From: Candidatus Poribacteria bacterium
GTDB lineage: Bacteria > Poribacteria > WGA-4E > GCA-2687025
Length of the DNA: 64,000 bases
Assembly: GCA_963665845.2 (NCBI GenBank)
Contig: OY762492.1
Span: forward strand, 1,824,001 to 1,888,000
Direction: 5' to 3'
Position numbers and translations under genes: made by a program. Shown here in pieces: positions 19,594-29,212 of this stretch; positions within the stretch are counted from its first letter, which is position 1, and the number at the start of each line of letters is the position of its first letter. The notes under the pieces were generated by a model. It was not told where the DNA came from. It saw only the letters and a list, made by a program, of their open reading frames with translations, and made no database searches.

Positions 19594-19947
19594 ATGGGCG
19601 CGTTGTTCTGGTTGAGCAGCCTGCCGCAAGCGTCGCTGCCGTATGATTTCACGATCTCGGACAAGCTGGCGCACGCGGCGGCGTATTTCGGCCTCTGCCT
19701 TGTGGCGCGGATGCCGGCGGGAACGCTGTTTCGGCGGCGCGGGTACGCCATTCTGTTCGCTTTCAGCGTGTCCAGCGCCTACGGAGCGGCGGACGAGTTG
19801 CATCAGTCCTTGACGCCGGGTCGAATGTCTGATATACATGATTGGGCGGCGGATGTGATTGGAGCCGCCGTCGGCGCCGCGCTTCTTTTTTATTTTGAAA
19901 TCATGCGCGGGAAGAAAGGCTCGAAGGTCAAGGGAGGCAAGGAATGA
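19594..19947 (+). CDS. VanZ family protein
   Basis: DKLAH...Y, YGAADELHQ...PGR.....DW.AD. Confidence 0.88.
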   Translation: MGALFWLSSLPQASLPYDFTISDKLAHAAAYFGLCLVARMPAGTLFRRRGYAILFAFSVSSAYGAADELHQSLTPGRMSDIHDWAADVIGAAVGAALLFYFEIMRGKKGSKVKGGKE

Positions 19948-20357
19948 ACTGGAAACGCGCTCTGATTGGCGCATTGGCATGTCTCTTCGCGGCGACCGCC
20001 CAGGCGGATTCTCTTCGGACGATTGGAGCTGTCTTTTTCACAGCCGGCGCCGGGATGAGCTTTGGCGGAGCCGCTGTCGGAGCGGACGCCAGCGAAACCT
20101 ACGATCAGTATCTCTTAACGGCGCGCCAAAGCGATCTTGCCGCGCTCCATGACGATTATTCAAACAAGCGGCAGATGAGCGACCGTCTCTCTAAAACGGG
20201 GGCTAGTTTGATGGCTGCCGGCGCGTTGCTGGCGATCTACTCGGCGCTGTCTGAAGACGCCCCGCTCCCCGCAGCGCCTGCAGAGGGAATGTCGGCGCTG
20301 ATAGGAGGCGATGCGTCGTTTGCGCGGGCGGGGGTTGTATGGCGGATGCGGTTTTGA
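19944..20357 (+). CDS. Hypothetical exported/membrane protein
   Basis: RBS, signal peptide, two hydrophobic segments, terminal aromatic strand (VVWRMRF). Confidence 0.7.
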   Translation: MNWKRALIGALACLFAATAQADSLRTIGAVFFTAGAGMSFGGAAVGADASETYDQYLLTARQSDLAALHDDYSNKRQMSDRLSKTGASLMAAGALLAIYSALSEDAPLPAAPAEGMSALIGGDASFARAGVVWRMRF

Positions 20358-20382
20358 CGCGGTTTAAAAGGAGAGAAAGACG

Positions 20383-21519
20383 ATGAGATTTGTTGTTTTA
20401 TATGCCGCCGCCGCCGCTCTTCTGATCAGTTGCGGCGACGCCGACCATTTCGCCAACCCATACGACGCGCGCAACCCGCTCACCGAAGGCGGCGTCGCCG
20501 GCGTGGAAATTGTCAACGGAGACCAAAGCGCCGTTGTGATCTGGCGCGGCCTCGGCATGGACGGCACATCCTCCTATCGAATCTATAGACGGTATATGGG
20601 CGATCCGAGTTCGACCTATACGCTCATCGGAGAGAAACAGGCGGAACTGGACCCGTCCACCGGCATCGAACTCAAAAACGCGCTCTACCGCTTTGAAGAT
20701 CCCCAAGATTCTCTGGACCCGACCGCTCTTTTGAACGATTCCATTGACGCGGCGACCGGCAAGCGCGTTCCGTATCTTTACCGCGTCAGCGCCGTGGACG
20801 ACGAAGGGGCGGAGTCTCCCGATCCATCGGCGCTGGACGAAGTCCCATGGCTCGGATATTCCGCGACGCCCAGCGCCGCCCCCGACGGGCCGATTCCTAT
20901 ACCCGCGGCGAGCGATCTGCGCGTTGAACTGAACTGGATCGAATACGCGCTGCCGGACGATGTGCAGGCATACCGCGTCTACAGATCAAACGACGGGATC
21001 GAATGGACGCTGGCGCAGGAGATCAACGCGCGGCAGATCGCCGGAAACGATACGGGTCAGATTGTGCGCGAAGACGATCTGAAGCAGTACATCGACATCC
21101 AGTTCACGCGGGACGGGCAGGTTCGGCATTATCGAACAGCGGCGGTGGACGACGCCGGCGTGGAGAGCGCGGCGGAACCCGCGAATCAGATTGAGGTGGA
21201 GACGCCCAATTTGCCGCCCGCCGCGGTTCCGTTCGTGTTTGAAACGCTTCCGCTTCCCGGCGGACTCCAGCGCGTTCATATCGTCTGGGATCCCGCGCCC
21301 GAAGCGGACGTCGCCGGATACAATGTGTACTCAATGGCCGCTGCGGATCCAGACGGCTGGACGCTGTCCGAGACATTGGAAGACCCGGCGGCAAGCGAGA
21401 CATGGGTCACGCAGGACGAAGGAGCGTTGGTCGACTATTTTGTGACGGCGTACGACGACACCCCTCTCGACGACGGCGGTTTTGATCAAATTTATCCGCC
21501 CGGTTTCATGAACCCGTAA
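20383..21519 (+). CDS. Lipoprotein with fibronectin-III-like repeats
   Basis: Lipobox LISC, NPYD, repeated W...Y.I/VYR...YRV.AVD..G.ES units. Confidence 0.75.
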   Translation: MRFVVLYAAAAALLISCGDADHFANPYDARNPLTEGGVAGVEIVNGDQSAVVIWRGLGMDGTSSYRIYRRYMGDPSSTYTLIGEKQAELDPSTGIELKNALYRFEDPQDSLDPTALLNDSIDAATGKRVPYLYRVSAVDDEGAESPDPSALDEVPWLGYSATPSAAPDGPIPIPAASDLRVELNWIEYALPDDVQAYRVYRSNDGIEWTLAQEINARQIAGNDTGQIVREDDLKQYIDIQFTRDGQVRHYRTAAVDDAGVESAAEPANQIEVETPNLPPAAVPFVFETLPLPGGLQRVHIVWDPAPEADVAGYNVYSMAAADPDGWTLSETLEDPAASETWVTQDEGALVDYFVTAYDDTPLDDGGFDQIYPPGFMNP

Positions 21520-21529
21520 GGAGATAAGA

Positions 21530-22453
21530 ATGCGGCGCGCAGTAGCATGGATGGTCTGTTTGAATGTGGTATTGGGAGCGTCAGCTTCTGAACTGGGAGC
21601 GTTTCCGCGGGCAGGACTGCAGGAAACGGCGCACACCCTTGGGGCGGGAGGTTTCAGCGCCTCTATCGGCTTGTCGGCGCTGGAAACGCGCCTGCCGAAA
21701 CTGGGCGGCGCGTCCATGTTTCAAACGCTCAATGTCGGCGGCGTTGAAGCGGAGCGGGAAGTCCTTTACGAAGCCGAAGGCTCGCTCATACCGATCATGA
21801 TCGGTTTCGGCGTCTCCGAATCGACCGACCTGTATCTGTCGGGAACGGTCTCCGTCGGAACGCGCCAGAAGACGGTCAAAAACTATTACGACTCGCCCAA
21901 TCCCGACGGAGCGCTTGACAGGATATACGACCAGCCGCTTTTTGACGCCGGGATCGGAATCAAGCGGCTTTTGAAGCCTGACTACGGGGACGGACTCCCC
22001 GCGGTCGCCTTCGGGCTGCGCGCGCGCGCCGGGTACGCGTCGGACGACTTCGAAGAGTTCAAGGACGACACCCCTGAAGACGGCTATTTTTCGGCGGGCG
22101 GAGACGTCTATATCGCGTTGAGCGCGTCGTTTGGGGATCTGTTCAGGGCGCATGGAAGCGCGGGTCTGGATGTGTCTCAAAAGATGGGCGCGCGGTCCTT
22201 AGCCGGCGTCGGCATTGAGGCGGCGGCGATCCCAGGACAGCTGACCTTCGCCGCCTCCTACCTGATGCGTCGAAACCTTGCCGGCATCGAGAGCAGCTCC
22301 ATCATGACGGTTGGGCTGCAATACCAGTTTTCGCCGACCTCCTCCGCCCAGGTCTACGCGACTGCCGAGCAGGAGATGTATTTTGAAGCGGCGCGGCTCG
22401 GCAGCAAGCGCGAAGGGCTGAAACCGACCGGCCCTGTGCAAGAGCTGTTTTAA
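21530..22453 (+). CDS. Putative outer-membrane beta-barrel protein
   Basis: Signal peptide, alternating amphipathic beta-strands (VGLQYQF). Confidence 0.55.
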   Translation: MRRAVAWMVCLNVVLGASASELGAFPRAGLQETAHTLGAGGFSASIGLSALETRLPKLGGASMFQTLNVGGVEAEREVLYEAEGSLIPIMIGFGVSESTDLYLSGTVSVGTRQKTVKNYYDSPNPDGALDRIYDQPLFDAGIGIKRLLKPDYGDGLPAVAFGLRARAGYASDDFEEFKDDTPEDGYFSAGGDVYIALSASFGDLFRAHGSAGLDVSQKMGARSLAGVGIEAAAIPGQLTFAASYLMRRNLAGIESSSIMTVGLQYQFSPTSSAQVYATAEQEMYFEAARLGSKREGLKPTGPVQELF

Positions 22454-22456
22454 GCG

Positions 22457-22906
22457 ATGCGGGCTGTTGTTCAGCGGGTGTCTCAAGCCAGCGTCTCGGT
22501 TGAGGGGCGGATTGTCGGCAAGATTGAGCGCGGGCTGCTCATACTTCTCGGCGCGGCGCAGAACGACGGGCTGAAGGATGTCCAGTATATGCGCGACAAG
22601 ACGGCGCATCTGCGCGTCTTTCCTGACCATGACGGCAAAATGAGCCTGTCGCTGATCGACATTGCCGGGTCGGCGCTGGTCGTGCCGCAGTTCACATTGC
22701 TGGGCGACGCGCGCAAGGGCAGGCGCCCCAATTTTATGGAGGCTGCCGCCCCCGACGACGCGCTGAACCTGTATCAACAATATGTCGAGGAACTGCGCGG
22801 CATGGAGATACATGTCGAAACGGGGCAATTCGGCGCCATGATGGAGGTGTCGCTCGTCAACGACGGACCGATCACGATCCTGCTCGATTCCGCAAAGCAG
22901 TTTTAA
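22457..22906 (+). CDS. dtd: D-aminoacyl-tRNA deacylase
   Basis: MRAVVQRV, PQFTL, GRRPNF, FGAMMEVSLVNDGP.T. Confidence 0.96.
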   Translation: MRAVVQRVSQASVSVEGRIVGKIERGLLILLGAAQNDGLKDVQYMRDKTAHLRVFPDHDGKMSLSLIDIAGSALVVPQFTLLGDARKGRRPNFMEAAAPDDALNLYQQYVEELRGMEIHVETGQFGAMMEVSLVNDGPITILLDSAKQF

Positions 22907-22907
22907 G

Positions 22908-23816
22908 ATGAAGCGGACGAGCCGCTTTGCGGATGAAATCGAAGCGTACCTAAGCTATCTTGAAGCGGAGCGCGGACTCTCCCCGCACACGATCTCCAAC
23001 TATCGGCGCGACCTGACGCAGACCGCCGCCGCCGCCGCTCAATACGGCAGAGGCTCCTTCGCCGAAACGACCTACATCGATCTGCGCCGCTATGTGCAGG
23101 AGCTGAGCGGACGGCTTAGCCCTAAAACGGTCAGCCGTCGTATCTATGCGCTGCGTTCCTTTTACCGTTACCTTGAAAGCGAAGAGGGGCTGAAAAACAA
23201 CCCGGCGCGCAAGCTGGAACCCATCAAGACATGGACGGAGCTGCCGGAGGTTTTGACGCCGGAAGAGGTCGCGCGGATGATCGACGCTTGCGGAAACGAC
23301 GCGGGCGACCTTTACAACTTTCGGGCGCGCGTCGTCATCGAAACGCTCTACGCGACAGGGCTGCGCGTCTCGGAGCTGGTCGGGTTGAAGATGGAGGACG
23401 CGCGTCTGGAAAGCGATTATCTGCGCTGCACGGGCAAGGGCGGAAAGCAGCGGCTCGCCCCGATCGGCGGATGCGCGGCGGAAGCGCTGCGCCGATGGAT
23501 CAACGAAACGCGGCAGAAGCTGCTCAACGGGGCGGAAAGTCCATGGCTGCTCGTCACGCGCGGGGGCGGACAGATGCGGCGTCGGCAGATCTGGCTCATC
23601 GTCAAAAACGCGGCAAAAAAGGCGGGCATACAGCGCCCCGCCTCGCCCCATACGCTGCGCCACTCCTTCGCAACGCACCTGCTGGAAAACGGGATGGATC
23701 TGCGCGTCCTGCAGGAGATACTGGGGCATGACCGCATCACAACGACGCAGCTGTACACGCGCGTAGAAACGGAGCGGCTTCGACAGGCGCACCGCGATTT
23801 TCATTTGCGCGGCTGA
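22908..23816 (+). CDS. xerD: Site-specific tyrosine recombinase XerD
   Basis: ERGLS..T..NY..DL, LYATGLRVSEL, GKGGKQR, SPHTLRHSFATHLL, LGH....TTQLY. Confidence 0.88.
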   Translation: MKRTSRFADEIEAYLSYLEAERGLSPHTISNYRRDLTQTAAAAAQYGRGSFAETTYIDLRRYVQELSGRLSPKTVSRRIYALRSFYRYLESEEGLKNNPARKLEPIKTWTELPEVLTPEEVARMIDACGNDAGDLYNFRARVVIETLYATGLRVSELVGLKMEDARLESDYLRCTGKGGKQRLAPIGGCAAEALRRWINETRQKLLNGAESPWLLVTRGGGQMRRRQIWLIVKNAAKKAGIQRPASPHTLRHSFATHLLENGMDLRVLQEILGHDRITTTQLYTRVETERLRQAHRDFHLRG

Positions 23817-23831
23817 ACGCCCGCCCTCGTC

Positions 23832-24896
23832 TTACTCCTCTTCCTCGTTTCTTTCGTCGTCATTTCCGCGCTCATCGCTGGAATCTAGCGCATCGGTCTT
23901 CTCCTGGCTCTCTGATTTGCCGGACGCCTCTTCCTTCATGAACTCTTCCCTCACCCCAGCTTTCTTTACACCCAGCCTGACGATTAACAATACCGAAAAC
24001 ACACCAACAATCTCGATGGCGACGGGCGCTGAATTAATCAGCGCATGGATCAAGGATGTCATCCAAAAAGCCCTCCAGAAAGAGACGCGCCGCCAATGGA
24101 CATAGACAAACGCAAAATAGAAGCCTGCTATTCCTGAAGAAATGCCGCGCCCAACAGAGAGGACAAAATGCGCAAGCGCAAACAGAATCATCGATACAAT
24201 GACCTGCGTTCCAAAAGACGCGCCTGCTAAGCTCAGCAACGCGATTGGAATCGCCTGGTATATCAGCGTTTCCTCAATGGGGGCATGTACGACGATGCGT
24301 CCGAATCTACGAGAGATCACATTTAAAAATCTTTTCAACGCTTCGCCGGCAGGGGCGCCTACCACTTGCTTAAGATCTTCAGACAATCTGGATTTATGAG
24401 CAGTTCTTATCTGATGAACGTCATCTTTTATATTATCTTTTGTCCAACCAAGTTTAAAGATCTTGTCGAAGATAGCGATTGCGATGGATACCCCAATCTT
24501 GGCGAGAAAGAGTTCCAGCGCAACGCGCCAGCAAAATGTCCAAGGGTCGGGCAGCGTTTCATGCCGCCGAAGCCACCCAACCGTCCATTCAAACGAGTCG
24601 GCTCCTAGGAGCAGACCCAGCGCCGCCGCCCCGACAGCAATCAGCGCCCATTTCCAGCGCCTCAACCGTAATTTGTAGTTGTGCAGAGTTTGCTCTGTTA
24701 TTACCGTAGGGATGATTGCGCATGATACTGCGAACGCATAAAACCCCGTCCACCCGACATATCTGCCGAGCAAGCCGAACGTCAACCCGCCCAGCAGCGC
24801 CGCCGCCCAGAGCAGAATCTGTCGGCGGGGATTGGGGCGTTCGTTCTGCGCGTCGTTGGTTTCTTTCTCGGTCGCGCCGTTTGCCTCTTCAGTCAT
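23832..24896 (-). CDS. CPBP (Abi/CAAX-like) intramembrane protease family protein
   Basis: APIEETLIYQ, LFALAH, HALIN; multi-TM; lower GC than flanks. Confidence 0.75.
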   Translation of the reverse strand: MTEEANGATEKETNDAQNERPNPRRQILLWAAALLGGLTFGLLGRYVGWTGFYAFAVSCAIIPTVITEQTLHNYKLRLRRWKWALIAVGAAALGLLLGADSFEWTVGWLRRHETLPDPWTFCWRVALELFLAKIGVSIAIAIFDKIFKLGWTKDNIKDDVHQIRTAHKSRLSEDLKQVVGAPAGEALKRFLNVISRRFGRIVVHAPIEETLIYQAIPIALLSLAGASFGTQVIVSMILFALAHFVLSVGRGISSGIAGFYFAFVYVHWRRVSFWRAFWMTSLIHALINSAPVAIEIVGVFSVLLIVRLGVKKAGVREEFMKEEASGKSESQEKTDALDSSDERGNDDERNEEEE

Positions 24897-25716
24897 CGCC
24901 ATCCTCACTCTCATGCCGCTCTTTCTTCTTCTTTATCGAGTCGAATAACTTTTTCAGCATTGCCGGCGGGATGTTTCCAAGCGAGTGGGAAAGAGCCGTT
25001 ATCCAGAACGCCTTTCTAAAGGAAAACTGCAGCCAGTAGGCGTAGGTATAACCGAAATACACGCCGCCGATATTTCCAGCGGCTAAGCCTGATCCGATGG
25101 AATTCGTATAATGGGCAAGCGCGAACAGCGCGGCGGAAGCGGCAACCTGCGTTCCAAACGACGCGCCGATCCAGCTCAGCAACCCGATCGGAATCGCTTG
25201 GAAAATCATCGTTTCTAGTGTCGGCGCGAGGAATACATAATCGGGGAGAGTGGGATGGATGTCGGGCTGTTTGTTCTTCATCCAACCGAGTTTGTATTTC
25301 ATGTCGATGACGCTGAACAGAACGGCAGCCGCTATGGAAACAATCATATTCTCCAATGCGATGCGCCAGCAGAATGCCCAAGGCGGATGAACCTCATAGC
25401 GGCGCAGCCAGCCGACGAGCCACTCAAACGCATCAGGCCCTTCAAGAATGCCCAGCGCCGCTGTTGCAACGGCGATCAACCCCCATTTCCAGCGCTTCAG
25501 TAAGAAGAGCAGAGATTCCCCGCGCGCATTCACTATCCTTGCCGCATAATACAATGCGGCCGTCGCCCAGAAGGGCGTCCAGTTAACAATCCCAACGAAC
25601 GCCGCCAACGCCGCAGCAGCCGCTATCGGCGCCGCGATCCATGAAAGCGTTCGGCGCCGTTTTTTGGCGCGTTCGTCCTGCGCCTCTTTCTTTTCTTCAA
25701 CTTTGCCTTCGCTCAT
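24889..25716 (-). CDS. CPBP family protein, tandem paralog
   Basis: APTLETMIFQ, LFALAH, HSLGN; shares FEW.VGWLRR and PW.FCWR.ALE with its neighbour; GGAGG RBS. Confidence 0.75.
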   Translation of the reverse strand: MSEGKVEEKKEAQDERAKKRRRTLSWIAAPIAAAAALAAFVGIVNWTPFWATAALYYAARIVNARGESLLFLLKRWKWGLIAVATAALGILEGPDAFEWLVGWLRRYEVHPPWAFCWRIALENMIVSIAAAVLFSVIDMKYKLGWMKNKQPDIHPTLPDYVFLAPTLETMIFQAIPIGLLSWIGASFGTQVAASAALFALAHYTNSIGSGLAAGNIGGVYFGYTYAYWLQFSFRKAFWITALSHSLGNIPPAMLKKLFDSIKKKKERHESEDGDD

Positions 25717-25761
25717 TTCCTCCAACTCTATGCATAGAACGCGATATGACAACTTTAAAAT

Positions 25762-25790
25762 ATCATAATTGACTTTTCGAATTAGTGCAA
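25762..25790 (-). promoter_or_regulatory. Putative sigma70 promoter of the CPBP pair
   Basis: TTGCAC-17-TATGAT on the minus strand. Confidence 0.5.
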
Positions 25791-25800
25791 CCTCGGATCG

Positions 25801-25835
25801 TTCCCCCCTTGAAAAGGGGGGCTAGGGGGGTTTAA
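25801..25835. repeat. CCCCCCTTGAAAAGGGGGG hairpin repeat
   Basis: Same motif followed by CTAGGGGGGTTT recurs near 32323, 45330, 46839 and (reversed) 53341-53641. Confidence 0.85.
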
Positions 25836-25848
25836 GGGGGTGAATACA

Positions 25849-26016
25849 CTGACCTCATGCATAAAGTAGGGACATTTAAACCGACAATCGCTTTATTCAT
25901 GGGAAAAAGGCGCGGCCAACCAAACCGTCATTCCCGCGCAAGCGGGAATCCAGAGTCTACCCCGAAACCGTCCGCGTTCACAACCAGAATTGTCCCGACT
26001 CTAAGGGTGAGGTCAG
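25849..26016. mobile_element. 168-bp MITE-like element with 6-bp target-site duplication
   Basis: Imperfect terminal IRs CTGACCTCATGCATAAAGTAGGGACA / TGTCCCGACTCTAAGGGTGAGGTCAG; AATACA on both flanks (25843-48, 26017-22); internal ATTCCC-N8-GGGAAT at 25930-25949. Confidence 0.75.
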
Positions 26017-26061
26017 AATACAGACTTGACGAATCCGTCTGAATCGCGCATACCATAACGC

Positions 26062-27924
26062 ATGCAGGAGCCGAAGAGGCGGGGGAAGATGAGCGCGCGA
26101 TGCTATTTCAAGCTGCGTCAAAACATCGTTCTGGAAGGCGACGTTGTATTAGCGAAGATGGAGCTTCAGGCGCTGACCGCCGCGCGCCTGACGCCCATCG
26201 AGTCGGCGGACGCCGTCTGCAGGCGTATCCCTTCCGCCGCGCATTTGAGGGGGCTGTCGCACCCCGCCTCCCATGTTCGTTCATCGGGCGTTTTAGGTTT
26301 TTGGGCGGATGTCGAAGCGGCGCGTTTGCCGGATCTGGTCAACAGCCTCAGCTTTGTTGAGCGGATCTATGCCGAGTTTGGCGACGCGCGCGCCGCCAAA
26401 AGCTGCTTCGATCTTCTTGAGCGGCGCTGCCCTCGGTTGTGCCGTTTGCGCTCGTCATCGGGAGACGGCTGTTTGATTGAGGCGGTTGCGCGATTCGCCT
26501 TCTTGGAGCTGTCCAGGACGGCGCTCAAGCGCGCCGAGTCGATCTCGGAGGTGAAAGAGAATCTAGGCGCGCTGCTGGACGGCCTCTTTCATATCGGCGA
26601 CGAGGGCGGAAACCCGTTTGGCAGGCGCCTCGCCGTTGAAGCGCTGCGCGCCAAGAACACGTCCGCGTTTCTGTCGCATGACCTACATTATTACAAGGCA
26701 AAGTTTTTTCCGCGAATGGCGCGCTCGCTTCTCAACATCGGACGGGCGGCGGTCGGGCGCGCGCGTCCGTTTGCGTTCGACAACTTTGTCGGCAGCGGCA
26801 CGACGCTTTTGGAAGCGGCGACGCTGGGGCTTGAAAGCGCCGGGGCGGACATCGACCCGCTCTCCGCGCTCATCTCCCGCGCCAAGATCGAAGCGCTGGA
26901 ACATTCAAGCCGCCGTCTCAATGCGGCGGTCGGAGCGGTCGTTTCCGAGTTAGAAGCGAGGCGGCGGAAGCAGGGCGTCTTGGGCGGCGGCGCGTCCAGA
27001 AGCGCGGCGTCTGAAACGGAACTGTTTCCCCCATGGCTGTTGAAAAACCGCAAAATGACGGCTGAAGTTTCAAGCGCGCTGGCGAAAGAGATACGGCTGC
27101 TTCAAACGGCTCTTGTCGACCATCCCCCAGAAATGAAGCGGCTGACGCAGGCGCTCGCCTCGGACGCCATCGCGCGCAAGATCAAGATGCGCGTTTTAGG
27201 GACCGGCAGCGGGCGGTTCTCGCTCGCCTTCGGCAAAACGCCGCTCATCGACAGCTTTTCCCGTTCGCTCCGCTGGGCGTCCAAGACGGCTGCCGCCGCT
27301 GAATGGCTGCGCTCCGAGTTGAACATAACGCCGGCCCCGTCGTCCGCGCTTGTTGGGGACGCGCGTCAATTGCCGGTTCGGAGCGGCGCTGTCGACATTG
27401 TTGTTACCTCGCCGCCGTATCTGCCGGCGTCCAGCGGGCGCGAAAGCTACGCGAAGGCGCGAGCCGTCTCGCTTAGGGCGATCGGCGTTTGGAATGTTGA
27501 CGGGCTGATACAAAACTCGGTCGGCAGCATGGAGAGCGGGCAAACTGATCATCATAAGTTGAGCGCGAAGGAGGCGGAGGCGGTCGATTTTCTAAAAAAC
27601 GACGAACTGCGGCGCGTCAAAGCGCTCCCGACAGCGCGGTATTTCATGGACATGCGGGCGTCGTTCCGAGAGATGTTTCGCGTTATGAGGCAGGGCGGGT
27701 TTGCCGCTGTTGTGAGCGCGAAGCAGAACGCCTTTTACCGTTTTGCAACGCGCGAACTGTTATACGCGGTTCCGTCCGCCGAATTGCTGGCGGAATCTGC
27801 GCAGGAGGCGGGCTTTCAGCTGGAGCGGCTTCTGGATGTTCAGCTGAAAAAGTCGAATCGAAACGCGCGTCCGCGGTCTTTGGACGACTATTTTGAAACG
27901 GTCATTATGCTGCGGAAGCCTTGA
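26062..27924 (+). CDS. Orphan DNA methyltransferase (alpha-order motifs, probably N4-cytosine) with N-terminal extension
   Basis: HDLHYYKAKFFP, FDNFVGSGTT, DIDP, VVTSPPY; start may be 26089. Confidence 0.8.
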   Translation: MQEPKRRGKMSARCYFKLRQNIVLEGDVVLAKMELQALTAARLTPIESADAVCRRIPSAAHLRGLSHPASHVRSSGVLGFWADVEAARLPDLVNSLSFVERIYAEFGDARAAKSCFDLLERRCPRLCRLRSSSGDGCLIEAVARFAFLELSRTALKRAESISEVKENLGALLDGLFHIGDEGGNPFGRRLAVEALRAKNTSAFLSHDLHYYKAKFFPRMARSLLNIGRAAVGRARPFAFDNFVGSGTTLLEAATLGLESAGADIDPLSALISRAKIEALEHSSRRLNAAVGAVVSELEARRRKQGVLGGGASRSAASETELFPPWLLKNRKMTAEVSSALAKEIRLLQTALVDHPPEMKRLTQALASDAIARKIKMRVLGTGSGRFSLAFGKTPLIDSFSRSLRWASKTAAAAEWLRSELNITPAPSSALVGDARQLPVRSGAVDIVVTSPPYLPASSGRESYAKARAVSLRAIGVWNVDGLIQNSVGSMESGQTDHHKLSAKEAEAVDFLKNDELRRVKALPTARYFMDMRASFREMFRVMRQGGFAAVVSAKQNAFYRFATRELLYAVPSAELLAESAQEAGFQLERLLDVQLKKSNRNARPRSLDDYFETVIMLRKP

Positions 27925-27958
27925 GGCGATGGCGTTGCGCGAAGACAGAACGCTTTAA

Positions 27959-28006
27959 GATTCCCGCGCGTTACGTTTTACCGCAAGGGGCAAGGGCGAG
28001 AATGAC
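27959..28006 (+). repeat. 48-bp expanded ATTCCC..GGGAAT repeat, copy 1
   Basis: 47/48 identical to 30170-30217. Confidence 0.9.
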
Positions 28007-28045
28007 GCCCTGCAAAAGTCAGGGCGAAGCGAAGGTTGAGCAGAT

Positions 28046-29137
28046 TCATTCGGTCTCCTCTTGGTTGATGCCATCCTCGCCGACGGGGCGCGCCTTCAAC
28101 GGAGCCCAGAAGGACGGAAGCCGACCCGACGGACTGACCGACAGCCAGCGGCCCCGACCCGCCAAAACCCAGGTCGCGCTGTTCCCGCCCGGCTGCCCAT
28201 GCGTCATGCGCACCATCTCCTTCGTCTCCACATGGATGCGGTAGAGGTCCCAAGGGATGCCCGAATCATACAGCCCCGCTGTAAACGCAATCCATTTGCC
28301 GTCCGGAGACCATGTCGGCATATAGTCCCATTCGGCGCTGCGCGTCAAACGCTCCAGGTTGGAACCGTCCGCGTCCATCACAAACAGATCGTAATGCGGA
28401 AATTCGGTGTCCATGTCCGATATGAACGCGATACGCTTCCCGTCAGGAGACCAGTCAGGCTGCTGATCATGGAACTCAGGGCTGTTTGTCAGGTTGACGC
28501 GGTTCTTTCCGTTCGCGTCCATCACATAGATGTCGCTGATCGTGTCCGCCTTCGGCGCCGCGGCGAACACAATCCTGTCTTCCACAGGAGACCAAGAGGG
28601 CGATTCATTTCTCCTCTCTTTGGATCTTGTCAGGTTGACCAGCCGCCCCGTCGAGATATTCAGTTTATACACATCAATCCCGGCGACGGCTCCTGCCCAC
28701 GTGAAGCCTTCAAGAACGAGCCATTTTCCATCCCTTGACCATTTTGGATGATGAAAGTTCATTTCAGGGCCGTGATCGGGCGTCACCTCAAGGGCGCGCC
28801 GCGCGTCAATATCATAGACAAAAGTTCGATACTCGTTTCTTGTGTAAGCGACAGCCGCAAAGCGTTTGCCGTCAAAGCTCGATTCCACTACGATGAAATG
28901 CATGGACGGGTCCCACATATAAGACCGGTCGTTCTTCCCGTCCCAATCAACCAAGCGGAGACCCATGGCGCCGTTCACTGGGTCTCCGCTATACAGTATG
29001 GTTGGTTTTTGAATCTCTCGGATGTCCTCCTCAGGTTGAGGGAAGAAACCAGGAGCAGCGTCAACGTTCGATTGAGAAGCGAACATCAGAACTGCAACGG
29101 TCAAAGCAATCCGAAGGTTGAGCAGGAATAGAGTCAT
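28046..29137 (-). CDS. Secreted TolB-like (PD40 repeat) beta-propeller protein
   Basis: AAGGAG RBS, signal peptide, repeated P.WSPDG..IAF / DIYVMDADG....LT; tail SVSPSGRLPSFWAPLK. Confidence 0.88.
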   Translation of the reverse strand: MTLFLLNLRIALTVAVLMFASQSNVDAAPGFFPQPEEDIREIQKPTILYSGDPVNGAMGLRLVDWDGKNDRSYMWDPSMHFIVVESSFDGKRFAAVAYTRNEYRTFVYDIDARRALEVTPDHGPEMNFHHPKWSRDGKWLVLEGFTWAGAVAGIDVYKLNISTGRLVNLTRSKERRNESPSWSPVEDRIVFAAAPKADTISDIYVMDANGKNRVNLTNSPEFHDQQPDWSPDGKRIAFISDMDTEFPHYDLFVMDADGSNLERLTRSAEWDYMPTWSPDGKWIAFTAGLYDSGIPWDLYRIHVETKEMVRMTHGQPGGNSATWVLAGRGRWLSVSPSGRLPSFWAPLKARPVGEDGINQEETE

Positions 29138-29212
29138 TTCGATCTCCTTTCGGTTGAGGTTGTCCGCCCGCGCCGCCTAAGTTTGGCAGCGCGGACGACA
29201 GCTGCGTCAGTA

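Noticed and set aside
22908-23816. Prophage/island integrase
   Set aside because: The motifs and coupling to dtd fit housekeeping XerD; no att or tRNA site and no phage genes were seen
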